A stretch of 64,000 nucleotides of DNA from an uncultured delta proteobacterium (GTDB lineage Bacteria > Myxococcota_A > Polyangia > Polyangiales > Polyangiaceae): assembly GCA_963782055.1 (NCBI GenBank), contig CAWAIF010000003.1, forward strand, positions 4,960,001-5,024,000. The letters run 5' to 3'. Below are positions 38,630-47,853 of the stretch, piece by piece. Position 1 is the stretch's first letter. Every line of letters starts with the position of its first letter. Made by a program: the position numbers and the translations under genes. The notes under the pieces were generated by a model, which was not told the origin of the DNA, ran no database searches, and worked only from the letters and a program-made list of their open reading frames with translations.

Positions 38630-40081
38630 ATGCGCTCCTTCTTCCTCCTCCTCGCGATCCCGGCGCTCGTGGCGTGCAGCACGCAGGACACGGGCTCCGC
38701 CCCGGACGACGCGGGGGAGCCCGACGTCGACACGCGCCCGCCCACGCCGACGGAGTGGGACCGGCCGGTCACTCGCCCGGACGACTCGCAGGCGGACGCC
38801 GACCGCGCGGCGTGCAAGTTCGCGCGCGGGGCGCTGGCGGGGGAGACGCTCGGCAAGAGCACGCCCATCGAGGACGACATCCCCATCCAGAACATCGTGT
38901 TTTTGGTGATGGAGAACCACTCCTTCGACAACTACTACTCGAAGCTTGCAGAGTACACGCATCGCACCAACATCGAGGTCGCGCCGGCCGACGCGTCCAA
39001 CCCCGACCTCGTCGACGGCGGCACCAAGACCATCCTGCGGCAGCACGCGCCCCACAAGTGCACGCTGGACACCGGGCACGGCTGGCGCGCCTCCCACCAG
39101 GAGTACGACGACGGCAAGAACGACGGCTTCGTCCAGGTCAACGAGGAGGGCACGCCCCTCGGCGCCGGGGAGCAATCGCTCTACTACTGGGACCAGAGCG
39201 ACATCCCCTTCTACTACCAGCTCTCCAGCACCTTCGCGATCGCCGACCACTACCACTGCTCGCTGCTCGGCCCCACCTGGCCGAACCGCATGTTCACCTA
39301 CGCGGCGACGAGCTTCGGCCGCACCAGCAACGACCTGCCGGACCTCTCCGGGTACCCCTTCCCCGACAAGGACGCGACGATCCTGGACGAGCTGGAGAAG
39401 CGCCACGTGGACTGGGGCGTCTACTCCGATGGCCCGTCCGGCGCGCTCACGGTCTACGGCGCGGCCGTCCTCTCGCGCTGGGGCCGGCGCGTGACGCACT
39501 TCGACTCCGACTTCTTCACCGATGCCGCCGCCGGCACCCTGCCGCAGGTGGCGTACCTCGACGCCAACTCGCTCTCGGAGGGTCCGGCGGGCAACGACGA
39601 GCACCCCCCCGCGGACGTGCAGATCGGGCAGAAGTTCGTGAGCGACGTGGTGCACGCCCTCTTCGCCAGCCCGCAGTGGCCGCACCTGGCGCTGTTCATC
39701 ACCTACGACGAGCACGGCGGCTACTACGATCACGTCCCGCCGCCAAAGGCGTGCCTGCCCGGCGATCACGCCCCCATCCTCTCCGACAAGGACCCGCCGG
39801 GCGACTTCGACCGCTACGGGTTCCGGGTGCCGTTCATCGTCGTCTCTCCGTACGCGAAGAAGGCGTACGTCTCGCACACGACCTACGACCACACGAGCAT
39901 CCTGCGCTTCATCGAGGCCAAATTCCGCGTGCCCGCGCTGACCGGCCGCGACGCCAACGCCAACGTGATGACCGACATGTTCGACTTCGCCAACCCGCCG
40001 TTCCTCACGCCGCCGGACATCCCCGCGCCGACGATCGACCAGACCGAGGCGGACTACTGCGTGGCGACGTACTCCAAGTGA
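38630..40081 (+). CDS. Phosphoesterase/phospholipase C (PlcN/AcpA family) lipoprotein
   Basis: Lipobox LVAC; VMENHSFDNY, GPTWPNR, DEHPP, TYDEHGGYYDHVPPP, GFRVP, YDHTSILRFIE. Confidence 0.92.
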   Translation: MRSFFLLLAIPALVACSTQDTGSAPDDAGEPDVDTRPPTPTEWDRPVTRPDDSQADADRAACKFARGALAGETLGKSTPIEDDIPIQNIVFLVMENHSFDNYYSKLAEYTHRTNIEVAPADASNPDLVDGGTKTILRQHAPHKCTLDTGHGWRASHQEYDDGKNDGFVQVNEEGTPLGAGEQSLYYWDQSDIPFYYQLSSTFAIADHYHCSLLGPTWPNRMFTYAATSFGRTSNDLPDLSGYPFPDKDATILDELEKRHVDWGVYSDGPSGALTVYGAAVLSRWGRRVTHFDSDFFTDAAAGTLPQVAYLDANSLSEGPAGNDEHPPADVQIGQKFVSDVVHALFASPQWPHLALFITYDEHGGYYDHVPPPKACLPGDHAPILSDKDPPGDFDRYGFRVPFIVVSPYAKKAYVSHTTYDHTSILRFIEAKFRVPALTGRDANANVMTDMFDFANPPFLTPPDIPAPTIDQTEADYCVATYSK

Positions 40082-40102
40082 GCGCCTCGGGCGCGGCGCG
40101 GG

Positions 40103-40729
40103 CTACATGCCCACCATGCGCATCAGGACACGCACGGTGGCCTCCACCTTCGCCGGCTCGGCGATCGCGGTGATGATGATGCCGTAGACGGCGCCCGCCA
40201 GGTGCGCGTCGTGGTTGACGTTGTCCTTCGCGCGGCGGGAGCTCCAGACGCTGTAGATCATGTACAGCACGCCGAAGACGATGCCCGGGACGCGCACCGG
40301 GATGAACGGCACGCCGACCTGCAGGTGGCCGTCGAGCAGGATGGCGCTGAGCATCACCGCCGCCACCGCGCCGGAGGCGCCGAGGGAGCTGTAGCGCGGC
40401 TGCTTCCAGTAGCGGATCAGCGTCGGCACGTGCGCGGCGACGACGGCGCTCACGTAGAAGGCGAGGAAGGGCAGGTCCCCGAAGGTGATCCGGACCCGGG
40501 CGGCGAAGCCGTACAGGACGTAGAGGTTCAGCGCGAGGTGCGTCAGGTCGGCGTGAAGCCAGCCGGCGGTGAGCATCCGGTAGACCTCGCCCCGGCGCAC
40601 GCGGTCGGCGTTGAAGATGAGCGCGCGCTTCACCGGCTCGCTCGCGAACCCGATGACGCTGACGATCGCCACCGAGATCATGATGAGGTGGGTGACTGTC
40701 AGCCCGTGGACGGCGGCGGAGGCATTCAT
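40103..40729 (-). CDS. Rhomboid family intramembrane serine protease
   Basis: WLHADLTHLALN, GASG, AHLAGAVYG. Confidence 0.92.
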   Translation of the reverse strand: MNASAAVHGLTVTHLIMISVAIVSVIGFASEPVKRALIFNADRVRRGEVYRMLTAGWLHADLTHLALNLYVLYGFAARVRITFGDLPFLAFYVSAVVAAHVPTLIRYWKQPRYSSLGASGAVAAVMLSAILLDGHLQVGVPFIPVRVPGIVFGVLYMIYSVWSSRRAKDNVNHDAHLAGAVYGIIITAIAEPAKVEATVRVLMRMVGM

Positions 40730-40833
40730 TCCGCGGACGAGGGTAGCCGATCACGCTCCGCCCGGGAGCGTGCCCAGCCCGGCCGTGGTAGCGTCCGGGG
40801 ATGGACCGCGGGATCCGTCCAGCCACGCTGGCG

Positions 40834-41934
40834 ATGCGCGCGCTGATCGGGGGTGCGATCGGGGGCGCCCTGGTCGCCTGCGTGGGCGGCGCGTCGTCGC
40901 CACCGAAGCGCAAGAGCCAGCTGCTGGAGTCCGCCGGCGCGCTGCCGGACGGGAGGACCTTCCCGTGGACGGTCAGCACCAACACCTCCCGCACCGCGTG
41001 GGTGTACGGCGCGCCTTCGGCACAGATCGAGATCCACGATGGCAGCGGGCTCGTCGCGTCCACGCCGGACGAGGGCCTGGGAAACCTCGACGTGGTGCCC
41101 TTCGACGTGGCGCCGGACCGCTCCGCCGCCCTCTGCGCCGCCACCGAGCTGCGCGCCTTCGACGGCGCGAGCTGGTCGGCCACGAGCTACGCTGCGATCA
41201 CCGCGGGCGGGGGCGCCTACCAGTGCGCCGCGCTGGCGACCCGCGCCCGGGGCGACGTCTGGATGATCCTGCAGCCCGACGCGTCGGTGGGCGTCCCGCC
41301 GCCGGATCGCCTCTGTCACCTTCAGACGGGGGCCTGGACGTGCGCCGACCTGCCGAGCCCTGCCCTCCTCGACACGCTGGTGCTCACCGCGCAGCACGTG
41401 TGGTGGCTCTCCGGCGCCGGCGACGTCCTCGCGGTCGATACCAGCCTCCCCGTCGCGCCGCTCGCCGCGACGACCGTCGCCACCGGCACCTCGGCGTCGT
41501 GGCTGCAGGCGGACCCGACGGCGGAGGCCGTCCTCGTCACCTACCAGACCACCCGCTTCCCCGCGCACATGTCCGCCGACACCCCGCCGGAGCACGTCGC
41601 CCTGGACGGCACACGCACGCCGTACGCGATGCACTCCCAGTTCGGTGGCTACGCCGACGTGTGGCTCGCGCCGGACGGGCGCGCCCTGGCGCTGGACGTG
41701 GGCCAGGGCACGAGCTGCTCGGGCGGCGGCGTGTACGGCTACACCACAGGCGGCGGCGGATGCAGCGTGGACTGGACACAGCTCGTCCTGTACCGGCTCG
41801 GCACCGGCGCGCCGGTGGAGGTCGCGCACGCGGACTACAGCGGCGGCGGCGGGGACCAGATCGTGGTCGACGTGGAGCGACCGGACGGCACGTACCTCTC
41901 GGTCACCGGCGATCCCTGGTACCGCTGGCCCTGA
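40834..41934 (+). CDS. Hypothetical lipoprotein, beta-propeller-like
   Basis: Lipobox LVAC; Trp/Gly/Asp-rich beta segments (FDGASW, GDVW). Confidence 0.65.
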   Translation: MRALIGGAIGGALVACVGGASSPPKRKSQLLESAGALPDGRTFPWTVSTNTSRTAWVYGAPSAQIEIHDGSGLVASTPDEGLGNLDVVPFDVAPDRSAALCAATELRAFDGASWSATSYAAITAGGGAYQCAALATRARGDVWMILQPDASVGVPPPDRLCHLQTGAWTCADLPSPALLDTLVLTAQHVWWLSGAGDVLAVDTSLPVAPLAATTVATGTSASWLQADPTAEAVLVTYQTTRFPAHMSADTPPEHVALDGTRTPYAMHSQFGGYADVWLAPDGRALALDVGQGTSCSGGGVYGYTTGGGGCSVDWTQLVLYRLGTGAPVEVAHADYSGGGGDQIVVDVERPDGTYLSVTGDPWYRWP

Positions 41935-41966
41935 TCCGCACGCCCTGCTGCGAGTAAGATCCAGCC

Positions 41967-42758
41967 GTGGCCAGGCGATCGCGCTTCTTCTACGTCCGCG
42001 TCACCATCCTGCTGGCCACTCTGGTCGTCACCATAGGCTGGGCGGCGAAGGACCGGGCAGACCGCCGGGCGCGCAAGGACTGGGATCACACCCTCGCCAT
42101 CGCGGTCGTCGTCCTGCGTGACGGCGCGGTCGACCCGGCGGCGATCGACGCCCTGCGGCAGCGGCTGCCGGCGCTGGGCGACCGGATGCAGCAGGAGCTG
42201 CACCGCTACCGGCCGGGCGCGCCGCGCCCCTTCGAGTTCACGCTGTTCGGCCCGATCGACGTGACCGCGCCGCCGCCCGCGGCGAAGGGCGACGGCGTGC
42301 TGGACCTCGCGGGCCACGCGTGGGACTCCTGGCGCTACGTGCGCGGGGTGGATGCGCGCGCCGGCGTGACGGGCGGAGACTGGGACTCGCGCATCTACTT
42401 GACGGTGACCGCGCCGGCCAGCGACAGGCAGCAGTTCGTGGAGGGGTCGAGCGAGCAGAACGGCCGCATCGGCGCGGTGATTGTCGAGCTCGCCGACGGC
42501 ATGGTGGACTTCGCGCTGGCGGTCACGGCGCACGAGCTGCTCCACACGCTGGGCGCGACCGACAAGTACGACGACGCCGGCCGCACGCGCGCGCCCGACG
42601 GGCTGGTCGAGCCGGACGCGAGCCCGCTCTACCCGCAGCGGTTCGCCGAGATCATGGCGCACGGCCGGCCCGTCTCGCCGACCGAGACCGAGCCCATCGA
42701 CACCCTGGACAATCTGGCGGTGGGCCCGGCGACGGCGGCCGAGATCGGCTGGCGGTGA
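41967..42758 (+). CDS. Membrane-anchored zincin-like metalloprotein
   Basis: N-terminal TM; AHELLHTLGATDKY and downstream AEIMA. Confidence 0.7.
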   Translation: MARRSRFFYVRVTILLATLVVTIGWAAKDRADRRARKDWDHTLAIAVVVLRDGAVDPAAIDALRQRLPALGDRMQQELHRYRPGAPRPFEFTLFGPIDVTAPPPAAKGDGVLDLAGHAWDSWRYVRGVDARAGVTGGDWDSRIYLTVTAPASDRQQFVEGSSEQNGRIGAVIVELADGMVDFALAVTAHELLHTLGATDKYDDAGRTRAPDGLVEPDASPLYPQRFAEIMAHGRPVSPTETEPIDTLDNLAVGPATAAEIGWR

Positions 42759-43481
42759 CTACGCCAGGTTGCGCGCGAAGAGGGCGAAGAGGCGCTCGAA
42801 GTGGCGCTCGGAGGCCGCACGGTCGTAGCGCGCGCCGCCCGGGGGCGCGAAGCCGTGCAGCGCGCCGGGGTAGCGCTCGATGCGGTGGCGGACGCCGGCC
42901 TTCGTCAGGGCGGCCTCCATCGCCTCGCGGTCGGAGGGAGGCGCGGTGGGGTCGTCGTCCGCCCAGCCGAGGTAGACCTCCGCCTTCACGCCCGACACGT
43001 TGAGGTGCGAGGAGTCCGGCTCGTCGGTCACGAACCACGCGCCGTGGAAGCTCGCCGCGGCGGCGACGCGATCCGGGAAGGCGCTGGCGACGGCCAGCGC
43101 GAAGGGCCCGCTCATGCAGTAGCCGACCACCCCGACCTTCCCCGCGGTGACGGGCTCCTTCGCGGCGTGCGCGAAGAGCGCCCGGGCGTCGTCGACGACG
43201 CGCGCCCTGGTGAGCTTCTGTCGCAGCTCGGTGCGGCGGTGCATCTCCTCGTCGCTCGCGCCGAACTCGCGGTACGGCTCGTCGGCGTAATACAGGTAGG
43301 GCAGGAAGACGGTGTAACCGACGCTCGCGATGCGCGACGCCATGTCGCGGAGCGACTGCCGCACGCTGGGCGCGTCCATCAGGAAGAGCACCAGCGGGAA
43401 CGGGCCGCCCTCCTCCGGGTGGAAGACGAAGGTGGGCATCGTCCCGTGGGGCGTGGTGACGTCGACGCGCTTCTCAATCAT
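42759..43481 (-). CDS. Dienelactone hydrolase family protein
   Basis: GYCMSG, SFHG, YPGALHGF. Confidence 0.9.
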   Translation of the reverse strand: MIEKRVDVTTPHGTMPTFVFHPEEGGPFPLVLFLMDAPSVRQSLRDMASRIASVGYTVFLPYLYYADEPYREFGASDEEMHRRTELRQKLTRARVVDDARALFAHAAKEPVTAGKVGVVGYCMSGPFALAVASAFPDRVAAAASFHGAWFVTDEPDSSHLNVSGVKAEVYLGWADDDPTAPPSDREAMEAALTKAGVRHRIERYPGALHGFAPPGGARYDRAASERHFERLFALFARNLA

Positions 43482-43514
43482 GCGGGCGACCGTAGATCCA
43501 CCCGCGCGCGCCGG

Positions 43515-44525
43515 CTACGCCGAAGGCGACGGGCGAGGCTCGTCGGTGGGCGACGGCGCCTGGAGCGCGCGAGGGCGAGGCCCGGGCGCGCCGTGCGCAC
43601 GCGCCAGCACGCGACGCATCGCCGCGACGAAGCGGGTGAAGAGGCGCCGCAGCGGTCGGCGACGCGGTGGAGCCCGGAAGGCGACGCGTACGCGCGCGGG
43701 CTCCCGCTCCTCGGCGAGGAAGCGCTCCACGTCGCCGGTGAACCGCTCGGCGGCCTCCAGGTGCGGGAAGTGCCCCACCCGCGGGTAGCGCGCCAGGCTC
43801 GCGCCGGCGAGGAGCTCGCGCGCGCGGACGCCCTGCCTGACGGGGAGGATGGGATCACGGTCTCCCCAGACCAGGGCCAGGGGCGGCAGGTCGACCTCCC
43901 CGATGCGATCCCACGTCTGCACGCGCTGCCCGAAGAGATCGATGCACCCGATCACCGTCCGGTGGAACGCCATGCCCGTGCCGGGCGCGCGGTTCATCCA
44001 CGCCGCGCGCGCAATCTCCTCCGGCGAGCCGTTGCCGGCGACGCGCATCATCACGTGGGTGCCCGGGCCCATGAGCGGCTGCGCGAGAAGGCGGCCGAGC
44101 ACCGGCATCGACGCCAGGCGCAGCCCCAGGCTCACCTCCGGCCCGAGGCCGCCCGGCGCGACCAGCACCATGCGCTCGACGCGCGCCCGTGCGTCCAGCA
44201 CCAGCCACTGCGCGATCCCGCCGCCGAAGGAGTGGCCGACGACGTGCGCGCGCTCCACGCCGGCGGCGTCCAGCCAGCCGACCAGCGTGCGCGCGTACCA
44301 GTCCAGCGTGTACGGCGCGTCCGGCCTGCCGGACAGGCCATGGCCGGGCAGGTCGGGCATCAGCACGCGGAAGCGCGACGCGAGGCGCGGCGCGGCGAGC
44401 CGCCACGTGCGATGCGAGTCGGCGAGGCCGTGGAGCAGGACCAGCGGCGGTCCGCTCCCCATCTCCGACCAGGCGATCGACGTATCCGAGACGCGCGTGA
44501 CCCTGGGGGTGCCGAGCATGTCCAT
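43515..44525 (-). CDS. Alpha/beta fold hydrolase
   Basis: LLHGLAD, DLPGHGLS, GHSFGG, WGDRD, GHFPHLE. Start 44525 or 44519. Confidence 0.88.
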   Translation of the reverse strand: MDMLGTPRVTRVSDTSIAWSEMGSGPPLVLLHGLADSHRTWRLAAPRLASRFRVLMPDLPGHGLSGRPDAPYTLDWYARTLVGWLDAAGVERAHVVGHSFGGGIAQWLVLDARARVERMVLVAPGGLGPEVSLGLRLASMPVLGRLLAQPLMGPGTHVMMRVAGNGSPEEIARAAWMNRAPGTGMAFHRTVIGCIDLFGQRVQTWDRIGEVDLPPLALVWGDRDPILPVRQGVRARELLAGASLARYPRVGHFPHLEAAERFTGDVERFLAEEREPARVRVAFRAPPRRRPLRRLFTRFVAAMRRVLARAHGAPGPRPRALQAPSPTDEPRPSPSA

Positions 44526-44555
44526 GTGATACATACGTGATACATCGTGACACAC
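44526..44555. promoter_or_regulatory. Triple direct repeat GTGA(T/C)ACA, candidate operator
   Basis: GTGATACAT (44526), GTGATACAT (44537), GTGACACAC (44547), abutting the hydrolase start. Confidence 0.55.
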
Positions 44556-44606
44556 CAGAGCGCAAGGGCTCTCGGGTGCGCGGCGTCGGTGAAGATCACG
44601 AGCGCA

Positions 44607-45383
44607 TCAGGTCCACGCCTTCTCCTCGAGCGCTCGCTCCGTCTTCGACGTGTCCACCCCGAAGTGCTCGAAGCCTGGCAGGACCACCTCGCGCACCGTG
44701 CTCCGGTAGATGGCGGCGACCGCCTGCGGTCCGAGGTAGCCCCAGCGCTCCAGCGAAGGCTCGTCGTCCCCGCTCGTCTCGGCCGGCTTCATGCCCGGGT
44801 TCATCGCACGCAGCACGGCGCCCGGGAGCGCGTCCGCGAGGCCCTGCAGGCTCCCGGCCCTCGCGCGCTCGGCGACGTACGCCCAGCCGACGCGCCCGTG
44901 GTCGAGCTCGTCGCGAAGGAGCGACTGCACCACGGCGCGGGCGACCGGGTGCGTCGTGCGCGAGAGCATCTCGGTGAAGGCGACGCCGGTGACGGTCTCG
45001 CTCACGCAGCACGTCTCCACGACGTGGAGCAGCACGCGCATGGCCGGCGGCAGCGCCTCGTACGCCGGCATCGTCGGCGTACCGCGGTAACGCGCGACGA
45101 CGAAGGGCTGTCCCCGGAGAGCAGACCACATGCGGGCGCAGATCTCGGCGTGGCGGACCTCGTCGTTGGCCGCGCGCGTGACGAGAGAGAGCACGACGGG
45201 CTCGCAGCCTTCCTCGGCGAGCTGGTGCGCGATGCGCGAGAACCCGCCCACGGCGAGGTGCTCCTGCTTGCTGCGGTGGTTCCACGACTCCGCGACCCTC
45301 AGGCAGCCCGCGCGGTCGGCCCCGGCATCGCGCGCCAGATCGTCCCAGGCGAAGTCCGCCGCCGCTCCTCGACCCTCCCGCAT
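44607..45383 (-). CDS. Ferritin-like diiron domain protein
   Basis: Two E...ExxH sets: QEHLAV...DEVRHAE and SETVT...DELDHGRVGW. Confidence 0.8.
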   Translation of the reverse strand: MREGRGAAADFAWDDLARDAGADRAGCLRVAESWNHRSKQEHLAVGGFSRIAHQLAEEGCEPVVLSLVTRAANDEVRHAEICARMWSALRGQPFVVARYRGTPTMPAYEALPPAMRVLLHVVETCCVSETVTGVAFTEMLSRTTHPVARAVVQSLLRDELDHGRVGWAYVAERARAGSLQGLADALPGAVLRAMNPGMKPAETSGDDEPSLERWGYLGPQAVAAIYRSTVREVVLPGFEHFGVDTSKTERALEEKAWT

Positions 45384-45444
45384 TCGGACAGCGTACCGGA
45401 CGGCGTGTGGTCGCGCACGGCCCCGGCGCTGCTACGCTGCAGTC

Positions 45445-45960
45445 ATGGGGAAGAGGGGGATGTACCGGGCCATCGTCCTTCGCGGGGCTTCGCTCGTCGG
45501 TCGCACGTCACTGGCGGTGATATGCGGCGCGTGCGGCAGCAGCGAATTGCCGGGGCCGGTCTGCAACCCGTTCGTTCTCCTTCAGTCGCCGTGTGGCTTC
45601 CGGAGCGTCACCACGACGTGCTCCGCCGGCCCGGCGCAGTGCGACGGCAACACGACCGCCTCGGACCTCTGCGAGATCGGCTCTCCCGCCGACCCGATCA
45701 AGGACGACTGCAGCGTCTCCGTGATCCTCCGGGACGGGAGCCGCCACGACTTCTCCGTCACGATCGATCACAGCGCCGGAGCGGCTTGCGTCAACGCACT
45801 GGTCTCCCCATCCGACAACAGGTCGCTCACGTGCACGGAGGAGGCAGGGACCGACGCCGCGAGCAACCCCGGCGACGGCGGTCAGGACAGCTCCGTCGAC
45901 GCGGCAACCGTCGACGCCGGCGCAGACGCCCAGGGCCCCACCGACGCGGGGACCGACTGA
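45445..45960 (+). CDS. Cys-rich exported protein, paralogue 1
   Basis: YRAIVLRGASLVG leader, LQSPCGFRSVTTTC, DAG tail. Alternative ATG at 45460. Confidence 0.7.
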   Translation: MGKRGMYRAIVLRGASLVGRTSLAVICGACGSSELPGPVCNPFVLLQSPCGFRSVTTTCSAGPAQCDGNTTASDLCEIGSPADPIKDDCSVSVILRDGSRHDFSVTIDHSAGAACVNALVSPSDNRSLTCTEEAGTDAASNPGDGGQDSSVDAATVDAGADAQGPTDAGTD

Positions 45961-45961
45961 G

Positions 45962-46486
45962 ATGGCGCGATCGCAGCGACGCGCAGCCAGGCTGTTTCGG
46001 GCCATCGTCCTCGGCGGTGCCTCGCTCGTCGGAGGGACCGCCCTGGCGGTCATCTGCGACGCCTCCTGCAGTGGAGAGACCGCCGGCCCCACATGCAGTC
46101 CCTACGTCCACCTCCAGTCGCCCTGCGGGTTCCGCAGCATCACGACGACGTGCACCGGCGCGCCCGCGCGCTGCGACGAGAGCATCGACGCTGGCGCCTC
46201 CGCGTGGTGTCAGATCGGCTCCTTCGACGACCCGGTGACGAAGGACTGCACGGTCTCGGTGGTGCTGGGCGACGGCACGCGACACGACATGAACGTGAAC
46301 GTGGCGCCCAGCGGAGTGCCCGACTGCTCGACCGCGTTCTACACGCCCGCGAGCTTCTACTCGACGACGTGCAGGCCGCCCGAGCCGAGCGCCGATGCGG
46401 GGAGTGACGCCTCAGGCGACGCCGGAGCGACGGACGCCGGCGAGGCGGGCGACGCACACGGCGAGATGGACGCGAGCGGCGACTGA
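45962..46486 (+). CDS. Cys-rich exported protein, paralogue 2
   Basis: FRAIVLGGASLVG leader, LQSPCGFRSITTTC, DAG tail. Confidence 0.72.
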   Translation: MARSQRRAARLFRAIVLGGASLVGGTALAVICDASCSGETAGPTCSPYVHLQSPCGFRSITTTCTGAPARCDESIDAGASAWCQIGSFDDPVTKDCTVSVVLGDGTRHDMNVNVAPSGVPDCSTAFYTPASFYSTTCRPPEPSADAGSDASGDAGATDAGEAGDAHGEMDASGD

Positions 46487-46490
46487 GGCC

Positions 46491-47312
46491 TCAGCCCCTG
46501 GCGGTGCAGTCGCGCACGAAGTCCTCGAGCAGGCGGTTGAACATGTCCGGCGCGTCCCACTGGACCGCGTGGCCAGCCTCCGGGACGTCGTGCACCTTGC
46601 CGCGCCACAGCGTCGGCATCGTGAGCCCGTCGAAGTAGTTCCGCTGCACGAGGCGGTCGGCGCCCGCCAGGATGGCGAGCGGGCGCTTCAGCGCGCCCAC
46701 CGCGGCGACCTCGTCGCGGATCTCGCCGCGGTTGAGGGCCGCCATGACCGCCGCCCGCGCGCGCCCGTCGCTGCGCGCGAAGTCCTCCAGGAAGATCTCC
46801 GGGATGGGCTCACCGGGCCGGAAGTAGAGCGCCAGGAGCGCGCGCACCTGCTCCGGCGTCGGGGACTCCTCGAACGCGGCACCCAGCGCCGGCTCGCTGG
46901 CGAAGGCGCGCGGGAAGTCGGCGCTGCTCGCGAGCGGCGGCGCCCCGGAGATCATCAGCCCGGCTGCCGCGCCCAGACGATCGCTCGCCTCGAGCACGAC
47001 GTGGCCACCCAGGCTCCACCCCACGACCACGCCGCCGTCCAGCGCGCCGACCTCGCGCGCCACGCCCACGAGCGCCTCCGCGTACCCGCGCGGGGTGTAC
47101 GTCCGCGCCGGATCGGCGGCGCGGCTGGAGTCGCCGTGCCCGGGCAGGTCCATCGCGACGAGGCGCAGTCGCTCCCCGAGCGGCGCGAGCTGCCGCTCGA
47201 AGCACCGGCCGGAGCACGAGTTGCCGTGGCAGAGAAGCACAGTGGGGCCCTCGCCCTCGGTCGTGCGCAATGCGATGTCGAGCTCCCCCACCCGGACGAA
47301 GGTCTTCTTCAT
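46491..47312 (-). CDS. Alpha/beta fold hydrolase
   Basis: LCHGNS, DLPGHGDS, GWSLGG, AGHAVQW. Confidence 0.88.
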   Translation of the reverse strand: MKKTFVRVGELDIALRTTEGEGPTVLLCHGNSCSGRCFERQLAPLGERLRLVAMDLPGHGDSSRAADPARTYTPRGYAEALVGVAREVGALDGGVVVGWSLGGHVVLEASDRLGAAAGLMISGAPPLASSADFPRAFASEPALGAAFEESPTPEQVRALLALYFRPGEPIPEIFLEDFARSDGRARAAVMAALNRGEIRDEVAAVGALKRPLAILAGADRLVQRNYFDGLTMPTLWRGKVHDVPEAGHAVQWDAPDMFNRLLEDFVRDCTARG

Positions 47313-47340
47313 GAGAGGGGGATACACGAGGCCGTACCCT

Positions 47341-47566
47341 AAATCGGCGTTCGTGATCCTCGAACGCCGATTTTCGCGAGCAAGGCGAGCGCCGCGTGGG
47401 GTGGGGCCCCGAAAAACCGCGTTTTTCGGGGCGGGGCGGGGCGGCGCGTGCCGCCCCGTGAGACAAGACCTGAATCGGACGAGCGCGATTCCGAATCGCG
47501 CTCGTTCATTTGAATCAGCGTGCACGATTCGGCTGCACCGAATCGTGCCGGGGGATGCTCATCCCC
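47341..47566. repeat. Cluster of five inverted repeats in an intergenic region
   Basis: Stems at 47341-47373 (13 bp), 47406-47432 (12 bp), 47479-47505 (13 bp), 47522-47548 (11 bp), 47551-47566 (7 bp). Confidence 0.75.
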
Positions 47567-47853
47567 GCGCCGCCGAAGTGAATCAGTCGCCAGTCACGAA
47601 GGCCCGGAGGGCTCGGGACTGCCCGCTCCGTCCGCCTTGACCTCGGCGACCGCCGCCCCACCGGCGACCGCGGGCGCAGGATCCGGCGGCTCCTTCTCGA
47701 ACGCCTTCTTGCCGTACACGAGGAAGCGCACCGGATGCGCTGCCGCCCGCTCCGTGGTTCCCGACCGCGCGTTCAGGACGCGAACACCAGTGCTCCAGCG
47801 CCGGGCGAGTCCACGCTCGACACGCCGGCGCGATGGTCCGACAATCCTCCCCG

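Noticed and set aside
47341..47590. Possible CRISPR array
   Set aside because: No identical repeats with regular spacers, and no cas genes in the window.
47594..47790. Minus-strand reading ...VRFLVYGKKAFEKEPPDPAP...stop
   Set aside because: Looks coding-like and may be a gene remnant, but it has no convincing start or recognisable family.
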